A stretch of 64,000 nt of DNA from an uncultured Bacteroidota bacterium. GTDB lineage: Bacteria; Bacteroidota; Ignavibacteria; UBA10030; UBA8401. The translations under genes and the position numbers were made by a program. Location of the stretch: NCBI GenBank assembly GCA_963717445.1, contig OY970334.1, positions 3,987,704 through 4,051,703 on the forward strand, read 5' to 3'. How positions within the stretch are numbered: position 1 is the stretch's first letter; every line of letters begins with the position of its first letter. Below are positions 22,199-31,938 of this stretch, piece after piece. Under the pieces are notes generated by a model. It had not been told where the DNA came from. It worked only from the letters and a program-made list of their open reading frames with translations, and did no database searches.

Positions 22199-23290
22199 AC
22201 GATACATTTTCAGCGTCGAAAATATTTTTCTAAAATACCGGCACTCGCTGCGTTCCTGATCTTGCTTTCGGGTTCTGCCGTTGCCCAGCTTGTACCGAAT
22301 TTGGGCGGGCAACGCGTCGGGATCTCTGCATATCAATTTTTGAAGATCGGGGCCGACTCTCGCGGATCATCCATGGGAGAAGCATACGTTGCTGTGGTCA
22401 ACGACGTTTCGGCGTTATTCTGGAACCCCGGCGCATTGGTAAACTCTGAATCGAACCCCTCGATAGTTCGGGATACTTCTATGACCGCCGATCAGGTGTC
22501 CTACCATGGTCAAACAATGTTTTCCCACACAGAGTGGCTTGTCGGTGTGGAGCATGAATTCTTCGGAGCGAGCTATTTTCTCACAAACAGCGATGCCGTC
22601 GGCATTGCGGTCACGTCGCTCCATACCGATCCCATGAGTGTGACGACGGAATATCAACCGACAGGGACGGGCAATTATTTCACGTACGGCGATGTCGCAG
22701 TTGCGGGGACATATTCACGAAAAATGACCGATCAGTTTAGTTTCGGCGCAACGGTTCGATACGTTCGGGAAACAATCGACGTACTTCACATGGACGGCGT
22801 CCTGATCGATCTGGGCACGTTCTATTACTTGGGCATCGGCACTTCAAGATTTGCGGTCGTGGTGTCCAATTTCGGAGGGAACGTTCAGCCGTCAGGAAGT
22901 GTCACGAGGGTAGACGGAACGACGGTAAGCAATTTTCAATCGTTTTCCCCGCCGACAATGTTTCGGCTTGGATACGCCGTTGAGCCGTGGCTTGACGATC
23001 AAAACCGGCTGACAGTCTCGTTGCAACTCAACCACCCAAACGACAACGCTGAGAACATCTCTTTGGGAGCCGAGTACGCTTATGAAAGAATGTTCTTCGT
23101 CCGATTCGGTGCGAAGAGAACGATTGGTGAATCGCTTTTGGGTACCCCATCGTCATCGGCCGAGAATTACTCCGCTGGTGCGGGAGTGCTCATCCCTCTC
23201 GGAGTTACGACTGCTTCCCTTGATTATGCGTTCGCCAACTACGATGACCTGGGGATGGTTAACAGAATAACTGTTGCTATTACTTATTGA
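22199..23290 (+). CDS. PorV/PorQ-family outer-membrane protein
   Basis: FLKIGADSRGSSMGEAYVA...ALFWNP motif. The signal peptide extends upstream of TTG 22262 to an ACG at 22199. Confidence 0.8.
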   Translation, partial: TIHFQRRKYFSKIPALAAFLILLSGSAVAQLVPNLGGQRVGISAYQFLKIGADSRGSSMGEAYVAVVNDVSALFWNPGALVNSESNPSIVRDTSMTADQVSYHGQTMFSHTEWLVGVEHEFFGASYFLTNSDAVGIAVTSLHTDPMSVTTEYQPTGTGNYFTYGDVAVAGTYSRKMTDQFSFGATVRYVRETIDVLHMDGVLIDLGTFYYLGIGTSRFAVVVSNFGGNVQPSGSVTRVDGTTVSNFQSFSPPTMFRLGYAVEPWLDDQNRLTVSLQLNHPNDNAENISLGAEYAYERMFFVRFGAKRTIGESLLGTPSSSAENYSAGAGVLIPLGVTTASLDYAFANYDDLGMVNRITVAITY

Positions 23291-23294
23291 CATC

Positions 23295-24383
23295 ATGATG
23301 AAGTTCAAAGTTTCCGGTTTCATTCTTTGTCTGTTTATTGCAATGGGCGGTTGTCAATCGCCATACGACATCAACGATTTGCCGTCTGCGACTAATTTTC
23401 ATTTTTCCGGTGACACAACCTACATTCAAACAGGGTCGTGGGGAGGCTTCAACAAGCCTAATGGAATTCTCTATGGTAGAGACGAATTGTTTTACGTGAT
23501 GGATACCTATAACAATCGTATTGTTATGCTAAACCAGGCTGGGCTTGAATTGAGCGAACTGCATATTCTGCAACCTCTCGCGGCTGCTCAAGATACGCGG
23601 CTCGATTTGATCGTGGGTGCGTCGGCTATCGATCCCGTAATACAAGATACGATCGCAATCATTGTTCGCGTCAAACTTGCACCGGCTTTGGGAGTTCTTT
23701 CTCAGGCAGAAATTGACACTATTTGGAGGGAAAGCGCCAGACCTCAGAGAAAATTTGTCGGCGTGGGCATCATCCCGAACGACGAATATCTTGTAGCTCG
23801 CGACGGTCCTGATAACAGCAGCCCGGTTGACCCGGACGCGCGCGTTCTCCGGTTTCGGTACGTTCATGAAAATCAAACCGTGCGGCGCGACTCTTTTCTC
23901 ACAGTGCTGGGCGATTTGCAGACGGGTATAGGAAGCTCGATCACTTCGATTAATCATCCGACCGGTCTTGCAACATTTCCCGGGAAAGCAGATTTTGTGA
24001 TCATTCAAAAATCCGACGGAGTGCAGTACACGGCTTTATGGATGGTTTATTCCCAGACCGTCGATTTCGAAGGATGGCTTCCAAAGTTTGACCCTGCCAA
24101 CGGTCAAGGGAGTATTGATTTTATACTCCCGAATCGATTTTTGGAACCGGAAGGCGTTGCTATCGATCCATCCCGAAGCGATGTTTTTATTACCGACTCG
24201 CAACAGGACAGCGTCGTGCGGTTTAACTCTCGAGGTTTTTTTCAGACTTCGTCGTTTGGCGGCCGCTCTCCGCAAATTGTTCTGGGGCACCCGCACGGGA
24301 TTGCCGTTGCTCAAAGCATCCTTTATGTCTGCGACACCGACCACAATCGTATTGTTATCTACAGCCTATCGACGAGCTTCTGA
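23295..24383 (+). CDS. NHL-repeat beta-propeller lipoprotein
   Basis: Lipobox AMGG-C; FNKPNG, INHPTG, FLEPEG, LGHPHG repeats; DTxNxRI. Confidence 0.75.
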   Translation: MMKFKVSGFILCLFIAMGGCQSPYDINDLPSATNFHFSGDTTYIQTGSWGGFNKPNGILYGRDELFYVMDTYNNRIVMLNQAGLELSELHILQPLAAAQDTRLDLIVGASAIDPVIQDTIAIIVRVKLAPALGVLSQAEIDTIWRESARPQRKFVGVGIIPNDEYLVARDGPDNSSPVDPDARVLRFRYVHENQTVRRDSFLTVLGDLQTGIGSSITSINHPTGLATFPGKADFVIIQKSDGVQYTALWMVYSQTVDFEGWLPKFDPANGQGSIDFILPNRFLEPEGVAIDPSRSDVFITDSQQDSVVRFNSRGFFQTSSFGGRSPQIVLGHPHGIAVAQSILYVCDTDHNRIVIYSLSTSF

Positions 24384-24390
24384 GCTCGTC

Positions 24391-24999
24391 TTACCTCTGT
24401 GTATTGTTGTTGATCTGATACCGTTCCATTTCAAAAAGATTCTCAATCGTCGTATAATAATTTCCCCCCATCCTAGCAATCGGTTTCAAACCATGTTGGT
24501 TAATGGCTCCCGCGGAATACAATTCGTCCTTTATGTGAAATTGCACCACTTCTCCGATAATAATGTCCGCAGGCTCATTCCCCATTTCAATATGCCGGTA
24601 TAACATACACTCGAGATTCACCGGCGATTCTGCAATTCGCGGCGTACCGATGCTTTTGCTTGGAATAAGGGTGAGATTCGAATGCTCAATCTCAGGTGGA
24701 AAATCTGCCGATGAAATTTTTAGCGCTTGGAGAAATTTTTCGGTGACGATATTTACCACAAATTCCTTTGTGCGCAAAATATTCTCCGCTGTATGTTTCA
24801 TTGCCCCCTTTTTTCGTTCTGCCGAAATCATCACGAGGGGAGGCGAAGAGGTGATGGCATTAAAAAAGCTATAGGGAGCGGCATTCACGCTCTTGTGCTC
24901 GCTCAACGATGTAATGAACGCAATGGGGCGGGGCACGACAGCGCTGACGAGGAGGTTGTACGCTTCCCGTGGTGAGAGGTTTTTCGGGTCAAAAACCAT
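24391..24999 (-). CDS. Flavin reductase-like FMN-binding protein (DIM6/NTAB family)
   Basis: VVPRPIAFITS, NAAPYSFF, PRIAESPVNLEC, ARMGGNYY. Confidence 0.9.
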   Translation of the reverse strand: MVFDPKNLSPREAYNLLVSAVVPRPIAFITSLSEHKSVNAAPYSFFNAITSSPPLVMISAERKKGAMKHTAENILRTKEFVVNIVTEKFLQALKISSADFPPEIEHSNLTLIPSKSIGTPRIAESPVNLECMLYRHIEMGNEPADIIIGEVVQFHIKDELYSAGAINQHGLKPIARMGGNYYTTIENLFEMERYQINNNTQR

Positions 25000-25293
25000 G
25001 AGATTTTTCCTTCAGAAATGAATCAAATCGGCCGGTGCTTTGTGCGACCGGACGGTGATCGAATATTCGGTCGAACCGAGTGACGCAGGCATTCCACGCG
25101 AGCCCATCGTATCGCTCTCCACAAGGTAAAAAAAAAGTTGAGAGATTAAAAGAGGAAGTTTTTGTATATTTCGCAAGGCTTATGGACATGAACCGTATCA
25201 TCGTTGACCCCGCTTCAACCTTTATGATATCCTTTTACCGTCCTATCGCAATGTCTAACTCACGACCATCGATATTTCCCAGAATAGTGCATT

Positions 25294-27003
25294 ATGAAAA
25301 AAGAATATACGCTGTACACCGTTCCGGACATCACGTCCGTTCAAGATATGATTGTCAAATCTGCGGCAAAGTTCGGCGACAAAATTGCGCTTGAAGACCT
25401 CAAAGAAACACCGATTCCAAAAGTCACTTACCGTTCGCTTCTTAAAGATATCCTGAAATTTGGAGTTGCTCTGCAGAACCTCGGCTTGAAAGAACGGAGT
25501 CATATTGCCGTCATTGGAGAGAACCGTGTCCAGTGGGGTATCGCATACCTTACAGCAATGTGTTTTAACCAAGTGGTTGTTCCGATAGATAGAAACTTGC
25601 CGATCAACGAAGTATTGAACATTATCCACGAAGCGGACGTTGCTGCAATTATTTTTTCAGAGACGTTTGATTCCGTGCTCCGGGAGCGAAGGGCGTCGTT
25701 AAAAAAACTCAAACAATATATCGGCATGGATTTACCGGCGGCGAAAGAAGGGTTTTATTCGATGAGGGAGCTCATCGAATCGAACACCGGTTGCCGCATA
25801 GAAGATCTACCGAAAATTATTCCGGGCGAGGAAGCGGAAATTATTTTCACGTCCGGGTCGCTGGGACGTGCCAAAGGTGTGATGCTCAGTCAGAAGAACA
25901 TTGCCTCGAACCTCGTTGCCATGGTAAGGATGTTTTTCATCTCTCCTGAAGATAGATTCCTCTCGGTGCTTCCGATGCACCATACGTATGAGTGCACGTG
26001 CGGTTTTCTGTGTCCTCTCTACATGGGCGCATCGGCACACTACGCGCGCTCTTTAAAGACGGTCGTCGAAGATCTGCAATCGGTAAAGGCAACGATGCTC
26101 TTGGGCGTTCCGCTCCTGTTCGACAAAATGTTCAAACGAATTTACAGAACTATCCACGAAAAGAAAATTACGGCGATCATAATTCCTCCGTTGATCAAAG
26201 TAAGCGATCTTGCAGAGCGGGTTGGATGGAAAAGTTTTAAGAAGATCGTTTTTAAGGAGATCCATAGCCGATTCGGGGGTTCGATACGCTGTTTTGTTGC
26301 CGGTGGAGCTGCGCAGGACCCCATTGTAGCAAAAGGCTTGCGTGAGTTCGGTTTCAATTTTGTTCAAGGGTACGGACTTACCGAAGCGTCCCCGCTTCTG
26401 GCGTTGAACCGGCTGGATATGTTCAAAGACGATGCCGCCGGTTTGCCGCTCGCCTCCGTGGAATTGATCATTCATCAGCCTGACGGGGAGGGGGTTGGTG
26501 AAGTGTGGGCGAAGGGAGAAAACATTATGATAGGTTATTACAAGAATGACTCGGCGACAAAGGATGCATTTGAAGACAGTTGGTTCAAAACCGGGGATTT
26601 GGGTCGGATCGACGAGGACGGATTCCTCCATATTTGCGGAAGGAAGAAAAATGTCATCATCTCGAAGAGCGGGAAGAATGTTTTTCCCGAAGAGATTGAA
26701 GACGTTCTCAATCGCAGCCCGTTTGTGCTGGAGTCTTACGTGTACGGTGAAGAGGACGCGAAACTGAATGAAATTATTGCAGCGCAAATTGTTGTGGACG
26801 CCGAAGCGTTCATCGAGCTTTCAGAATTGAAGGGGGTCAAGATTACGCCCGAGCTGCTTCACGAAGTCATTGCCGGCGAAGTGAAGAAAACAAATTTGGA
26901 GCTGCCGGGCTACAAGCAGATAAAGAAATTTAAGATCCGCGACCAGGAATTTGAGAAAACGACAACACAAAAGATAAAGCGGTACCTTGTCGGGAAAAAT
27001 TAA
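25294..27003 (+). CDS. Long-chain fatty acid-CoA ligase (AMP-binding)
   Basis: IIFTSGSLGRAKG, LPMHHTYE, QGYGLTE, WFKTGDLG, GRKKNVI. Confidence 0.92.
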   Translation: MKKEYTLYTVPDITSVQDMIVKSAAKFGDKIALEDLKETPIPKVTYRSLLKDILKFGVALQNLGLKERSHIAVIGENRVQWGIAYLTAMCFNQVVVPIDRNLPINEVLNIIHEADVAAIIFSETFDSVLRERRASLKKLKQYIGMDLPAAKEGFYSMRELIESNTGCRIEDLPKIIPGEEAEIIFTSGSLGRAKGVMLSQKNIASNLVAMVRMFFISPEDRFLSVLPMHHTYECTCGFLCPLYMGASAHYARSLKTVVEDLQSVKATMLLGVPLLFDKMFKRIYRTIHEKKITAIIIPPLIKVSDLAERVGWKSFKKIVFKEIHSRFGGSIRCFVAGGAAQDPIVAKGLREFGFNFVQGYGLTEASPLLALNRLDMFKDDAAGLPLASVELIIHQPDGEGVGEVWAKGENIMIGYYKNDSATKDAFEDSWFKTGDLGRIDEDGFLHICGRKKNVIISKSGKNVFPEEIEDVLNRSPFVLESYVYGEEDAKLNEIIAAQIVVDAEAFIELSELKGVKITPELLHEVIAGEVKKTNLELPGYKQIKKFKIRDQEFEKTTTQKIKRYLVGKN

Positions 27004-27054
27004 GCTGCAATGAAATGAAGCAGGGTGGATATTTGAAAGAGTCAAGACAAAGGG

Positions 27055-28089
27055 CTAAAAACGAACTGCAAAATCTATTCCTCCACCGCCGGCATTGATC
27101 GCCGGTTCAAGGCTAAGCTCGACCGCTTTCCGGTCATCGGGTCTTCCGGAATAGAGTTCAGAGGAATTGGAGCTTGCGGCTATGCTTCCAAAAGAATATC
27201 CTAAGGCAACGCCAAGCGGCAAATCACTGTACCAATGCATTCCCTTGCTGACGAGGCTTTCTCCTACAGCGCCCAATGCAACGTAACTTATCGGCCGCAG
27301 CCACGTCTCCTCCGGAAAATTTTCATTCAACACCGTGAGCGACGCGGCTGCTGTAGCGATGTGTCCCGACGGAAAAGAATAATATTTCGGCTGATTGTGC
27401 TGATAAGCGAAAAGACTCGGGAAGGGGCGTACAGCTCCTCGTTGGCTCGTCGCAGCTATCGGGCTTTCCCTTCCTGAAATGTGCTTCAGCGCTTGAACGA
27501 CCGCTCCTGTTGCAAGGATCGCTTCTGTCATTTGGCTGGCTGTGCGAAGTGCGCGCGAGTCCCCTAATATAAATCCGTAAACCGCGTAGGTTCCGATGAA
27601 ACCGAATTCATATCTTCCATCCCCCGCATCGACAAAATCGCTGTTCCAAGTCCGGAGCTGCGGAGACCTTCTGGCATAAATGCTCATGTCATGATATGTG
27701 CTATTGTCGACAATATACAGAGCACCGGTTAAGCCGACTATCCCTCCAATCGTCGGAAGGCTTGTGCTGCTAAAAGTATTCTTGGCGAACAATACCCAAT
27801 CGCTTGGGAGTTTTGTGAACATGGTGTACCATTTCAAAGGAGAGTTTTCTTCAGCGCTTACAGGTCCATCTTCCTGGGGTGAATGTTCATAATACTCCAG
27901 GACCTCAGTGGAAAATTCTTCTTCATGCACGAGGCTATTGAGTCCGGCGGCGTTAGCCGTATCAATTCCGTACAATTCGTTGTCTGAATTTTGCAGCGGA
28001 TTCCCTAAGGAAAGTGTACCGGTGAACGACGCAATTGTCAACGAGGCCATAAGCAACCTTCGGACAAATGAATAGGCGCTTCCGTGCAT
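27055..28089 (-). CDS. PAP2-family phosphatase-like protein (paralogue 1)
   Basis: KHISGRESP, FPSGH, HWYSD motifs; signal peptide. Confidence 0.8.
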   Translation of the reverse strand: MHGSAYSFVRRLLMASLTIASFTGTLSLGNPLQNSDNELYGIDTANAAGLNSLVHEEEFSTEVLEYYEHSPQEDGPVSAEENSPLKWYTMFTKLPSDWVLFAKNTFSSTSLPTIGGIVGLTGALYIVDNSTYHDMSIYARRSPQLRTWNSDFVDAGDGRYEFGFIGTYAVYGFILGDSRALRTASQMTEAILATGAVVQALKHISGRESPIAATSQRGAVRPFPSLFAYQHNQPKYYSFPSGHIATAAASLTVLNENFPEETWLRPISYVALGAVGESLVSKGMHWYSDLPLGVALGYSFGSIAASSNSSELYSGRPDDRKAVELSLEPAINAGGGGIDFAVRF

Positions 28090-28100
28090 TGATCTTCTCC

Positions 28101-29072
28101 TTAATGTAAATTGAGGCTCATCGTAATACCTGCACCGTCCGGCATGAGGGTCGGTTGAACGGTCAACGAGTGAGAATCATCATTTCCGAAATGTGCCACA
28201 TCATATCCAACCGGGTGTGCTGCAATCATACCGAAGGTATAACCAAGAGCTAAGCCGAGCGGATAATCGCTGTACCAATGAATTCCGATATTCACCATGC
28301 TCACACCGATAGCCGCAACAATGGTATAGCCGACAGGCCGAATCCAGGTCATCTCCGGATAATTCTCTGCAATGACAACGACAGTTGAGATCGACGTGCA
28401 AAGATGGCCGGTAGGAAATGCGTCAAAATTAGGTGTGTTTTTCGCGTAAGTAAATTGATTCGGGAAAAATCGCCACATACCGGTGGGAGCTGTCGCAGTG
28501 TACGGACTTTCTCTGCCTGTCACATGCTTTATGAGCTGGACAACCGCTCCTCCTGCAAGAAGCGCCTGGACAGTTTCGCTGGCAGTCCTCAACGAGCGAT
28601 TGTCGTCAACAGCCAGGCCGTACACCGCATAGGCTGCAGCGAGACCTAGCTGGGCGTCGCCCTGCCCAACATCGGTAAAAAAGCCGCTCCAATAATCGAG
28701 CGTTGAAGAATTTTTTGTCCATAGCTTTTGAGTTTGGTACGTTGGATGATCGACGGCCATAAGAACGCCAGTCATCGCGGCAATCACTGAATATTGCACA
28801 ATTTTGTCGTTGCGAAACGTTATATCATAATACTTTACCCAATCGCCAGGGACATTTGTCACCATCGCGTACCACAGAGGCCTTCCCTCAGGGTTTTGAG
28901 GGAATGGTTGAAGGGAGTTCGTGGTATCGGAGTGCGAAGATGTGCTATCGGAATTTTCAACGGGAATTCTGGAAGGTTGACCAGCCGACGAAATCGAAAA
29001 TAGAATAGCCGAAGATATAGCCATCGCCGTCGTGTATAAGGAGAAACTCGACCTGGATCCTTTTTCTGTCAA
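28101..29072 (-). CDS. PAP2-family phosphatase-like protein (paralogue 2)
   Basis: KHVTGRESP, FPTGH, HWYSD motifs. Confidence 0.8.
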   Translation of the reverse strand: MTEKGSRSSFSLYTTAMAISSAILFSISSAGQPSRIPVENSDSTSSHSDTTNSLQPFPQNPEGRPLWYAMVTNVPGDWVKYYDITFRNDKIVQYSVIAAMTGVLMAVDHPTYQTQKLWTKNSSTLDYWSGFFTDVGQGDAQLGLAAAYAVYGLAVDDNRSLRTASETVQALLAGGAVVQLIKHVTGRESPYTATAPTGMWRFFPNQFTYAKNTPNFDAFPTGHLCTSISTVVVIAENYPEMTWIRPVGYTIVAAIGVSMVNIGIHWYSDYPLGLALGYTFGMIAAHPVGYDVAHFGNDDSHSLTVQPTLMPDGAGITMSLNLH

Positions 29073-29276
29073 CGTGAAATGAACCGTTTATTTTCTTTGC
29101 AAATAGCGGAGGGTGGCTTTGTATATACGTGCTAATGATACAAAAAAGGAATTTAGTACACAACATTTAATGGCGGAGGGTAGTGGTTCAACAAGAAGGG
29201 TAAAAATACCAAAGGCGGCAGAATATTGCCGCCCTTAGTGTGTAAACCTTGAAATATAAAGCTTAAGACCTAAAAC

Positions 29277-30215
29277 TTATACCGTCACTTGCCGGCAATT
29301 GATTTTTTCAATCTGCAATTTCAGGTCACGTAAATCCTGTAGCATTTCGGGACGCCGGATTCTCAGTTGGATCCCTTCGGGCTGGAATCCGTCAAAATCC
29401 GGTACGTTCTCAAAGTGGAAGTTGAAAGATGACGGCGGATCATCCTTGTCTTCAACTTCGACCGTCAATGTGGTGTTCGCTCCTTTTCTCAGAACTTCAA
29501 CTTCAACCTTGTCTCCTGCATCAACGTCTTCCAGGGCATCGGACAAGTCGCGCAGATCTTCGACCGGGTTTTTGTTGACTTTCGTTATCACATCGCCCGC
29601 TTTAAATCCCGCTTTTGCACCGGCGCTCTTCTTTTCCACTTCTTCGACCAATAGGCCTCTTCCATGCGGGGCGCCAAAATACTCGCCGAGTTGTTCATTC
29701 AATTCCGAGAGTTGAAGGCCCCACGTCCTCGATGCCCCGAAGATCCCCATGTGCGGAAACATCGGTGGAGCAAAAGAGAATCCTTCGCTGTGATTGCTTC
29801 GATGAGATTTTCCGACTGAAATAGTGAGGGACTTTTTTTCGTTGTTCCGAATTACTACAATCGAAGTTCTTGTGCCTGGTTTAGATTTCTGAACTGCGCG
29901 CAACAGGTCGTCGGCATCGTCAATAGTTTTATTGTTGAATTCAACGATAACGTCTCCTTCCTTCACACCGGCAGAATCTGCGGGACTGTCGTCGACGACG
30001 TCGCTCACGTAAGCGCCTTGGTCGTCCTTAAGGCCTTTTTTCTTTTCGAGTTTCGATGTAATATCCTGAATCGCAACGCCAAGCCATCCTCCTCTTTCAT
30101 GGGTGTTGAAAGTGACGACTTGTACATTTCCGTTTTTCTCTCCAGCGGTTGTGCGTGTGCTAAAGAAAGCGGCAGTGCACAACAATAACGCAAGTGTGAG
30201 TATCGTTGTTTTCAT
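29277..30215 (-). CDS. Secreted tandem-PDZ protein with no protease domain
   Basis: GWLGV...DDSPADSAGVKEGDVI and GLLVEEV...AGAKAGFKAGDVI; start MKTTIL at 30215 after AAGGAG. Confidence 0.85.
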   Translation of the reverse strand: MKTTILTLALLLCTAAFFSTRTTAGEKNGNVQVVTFNTHERGGWLGVAIQDITSKLEKKKGLKDDQGAYVSDVVDDSPADSAGVKEGDVIVEFNNKTIDDADDLLRAVQKSKPGTRTSIVVIRNNEKKSLTISVGKSHRSNHSEGFSFAPPMFPHMGIFGASRTWGLQLSELNEQLGEYFGAPHGRGLLVEEVEKKSAGAKAGFKAGDVITKVNKNPVEDLRDLSDALEDVDAGDKVEVEVLRKGANTTLTVEVEDKDDPPSSFNFHFENVPDFDGFQPEGIQLRIRRPEMLQDLRDLKLQIEKINCRQVTV

Positions 30216-30276
30216 GATACGCTCCTTATGAAATTTGTAATATGAAAAATTTGCATGGCCCATCGTTCAAAGTATA

Positions 30277-30303
30277 TAGACGATGGAACGTTCGGTTTGT
30301 TCC
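30277..30303 (-). promoter_or_regulatory. Putative ECF (sigmaE-like) promoter for the PDZ gene
   Basis: Minus strand GGAAC-N16-CGTCTA. Confidence 0.55.
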
Positions 30304-30418
30304 CGTTGGAATATTCACAATTCGCAAATTCGGATTCATTGTTCGGGCTTGTCAAAAAAACAAAAGGCCGACAATACGCCGGCCTTTGCAGAATGTTTGA
30401 TTCTAATCTTTTTGTTCA

Positions 30419-31528
30419 CTAATCCCCGAAGCAGACTCCCAGATCACGTCCGGTCAAAATCGTATCACAGTCGGTGGGAACAGTTTTCATGCGGTGCGTT
30501 GCCTCGGCAAGGGGGACGTATCGGACTGTGGGGGGGTCGAGCGCCACCATGACCCCCGATTTTCCTTCTTCCAATGCCCGCACTGCCGCGGCGCCGAAAC
30601 GGAGTGACAGCAGCCTATCGAATGTCGTCGGAGTTCCGCCGCGCAGTAAGTGCCCGAGCACGACGACACGCGTTTCTTTTCCGGTCAGTTCCTGAATTTG
30701 ATGAGCGACAGTTTCGCCTATTCCACCCAGCCGCTCCGCCCGCCCAAGTTCTTTTCCAATGACTGAAGTTTTGCCTCCAACAGGTTTTGCCCCTTCGGCG
30801 ACGACAACGATTGAAAAATAACGGTGCTCTCTATCGCGGTCCTTAACTTTTTCGGCCACCTTGGCAATATCATAAGGGATTTCCGGAATTAAGATCACAT
30901 CGGCTGTTCCCGAGACTCCGCTGTTCAGCGCAATCCATCCGGCGTAACGTCCCATGACTTCGACGACCATTACCCGTTGATGCGCTTGTGCCGTGGAATG
31001 AAGCCTGTCGATGCATTCTGTGGCGAATGAAACTGCCGTGTCAAATCCAAACGTGATCACAGTTTTGTCAAGGTCGTTGTCGATTGTTTTCGGGACGCCG
31101 ATGACGCGCAACCCCTTTTTTTCAAATTCATTGGCGATAGTAAGCGAGCCGTCGCCGCCTACTGCAATCAGGGCGTCGATTTTATTTTTCTTGAACGCCC
31201 TCATAATTTCATCCGAACGGTCTTTTTCAAACCATGTACCGTCTTTTCTTTGTGTCGGATATTTGAGAGGATTTCCTTTATTTGTCGTTCCTAAAATAGT
31301 GCCGCCAAGATTCGTAATTCCGCGAACTCTATCGTGCGTCAGCCGAATCACGCCTCCTTCTGGATACCGTTCGGGAAGAAACAATCCGTTATAGCCGTCG
31401 CGGATACCGTACACTTCCCAGCCGCGCTTCTCCGCGGAAACGGCGACGGCACGAATAACGGCGTTAAGCCCGGGTGCGTCGCCGCCGCCGGTATTGATTG
31501 CGATCCGTTTGATCCTAGTTTTGCTCAT
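30419..31528 (-). CDS. pfkA: 6-phosphofructokinase, PfkA family (GGDGS plus PKTIDND type)
   Basis: GGGDAPGLNA, GGTILGT, GGDGS, GVPKTIDND, EVMGR, LGHLLRGG. Confidence 0.93.
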   Translation of the reverse strand: MSKTRIKRIAINTGGGDAPGLNAVIRAVAVSAEKRGWEVYGIRDGYNGLFLPERYPEGGVIRLTHDRVRGITNLGGTILGTTNKGNPLKYPTQRKDGTWFEKDRSDEIMRAFKKNKIDALIAVGGDGSLTIANEFEKKGLRVIGVPKTIDNDLDKTVITFGFDTAVSFATECIDRLHSTAQAHQRVMVVEVMGRYAGWIALNSGVSGTADVILIPEIPYDIAKVAEKVKDRDREHRYFSIVVVAEGAKPVGGKTSVIGKELGRAERLGGIGETVAHQIQELTGKETRVVVLGHLLRGGTPTTFDRLLSLRFGAAAVRALEEGKSGVMVALDPPTVRYVPLAEATHRMKTVPTDCDTILTGRDLGVCFGD

Positions 31529-31938
31529 GATGCATTCTCCGGGGAAAAATAAGTCTTGTTCCTGCCATAGTTCTATTTACTTCGCTTTAGTCTTCGTAAG
31601 CTTTTACCGATTGCTGACTCGTGAGAATGTAGAAATAGGTTCCTGCAATTGCAACGATAAACATGAGACCGCTGGATAATGGTGCGTTGTAGAATTGTGG
31701 AACGGATTTCTATTCGTTCGGACATTTTTGTGACAGTAGGAACGCTCGAAAGGCCGTTCCAGCGGCAACATGCCGCCGCTGATCCCATTCAACCTTGAAT
31801 TTCTTTCCCACTTTCTTTACATTCTTCCACCACGTTTTCAAGCGAAAGAGATGATATTCATTGTTGATGACGATGTTGCTTCGATTACTTCTGCGTGATT
31901 TTTCTTTCACACCAAACAGAAACCGGATGGATTTAATC

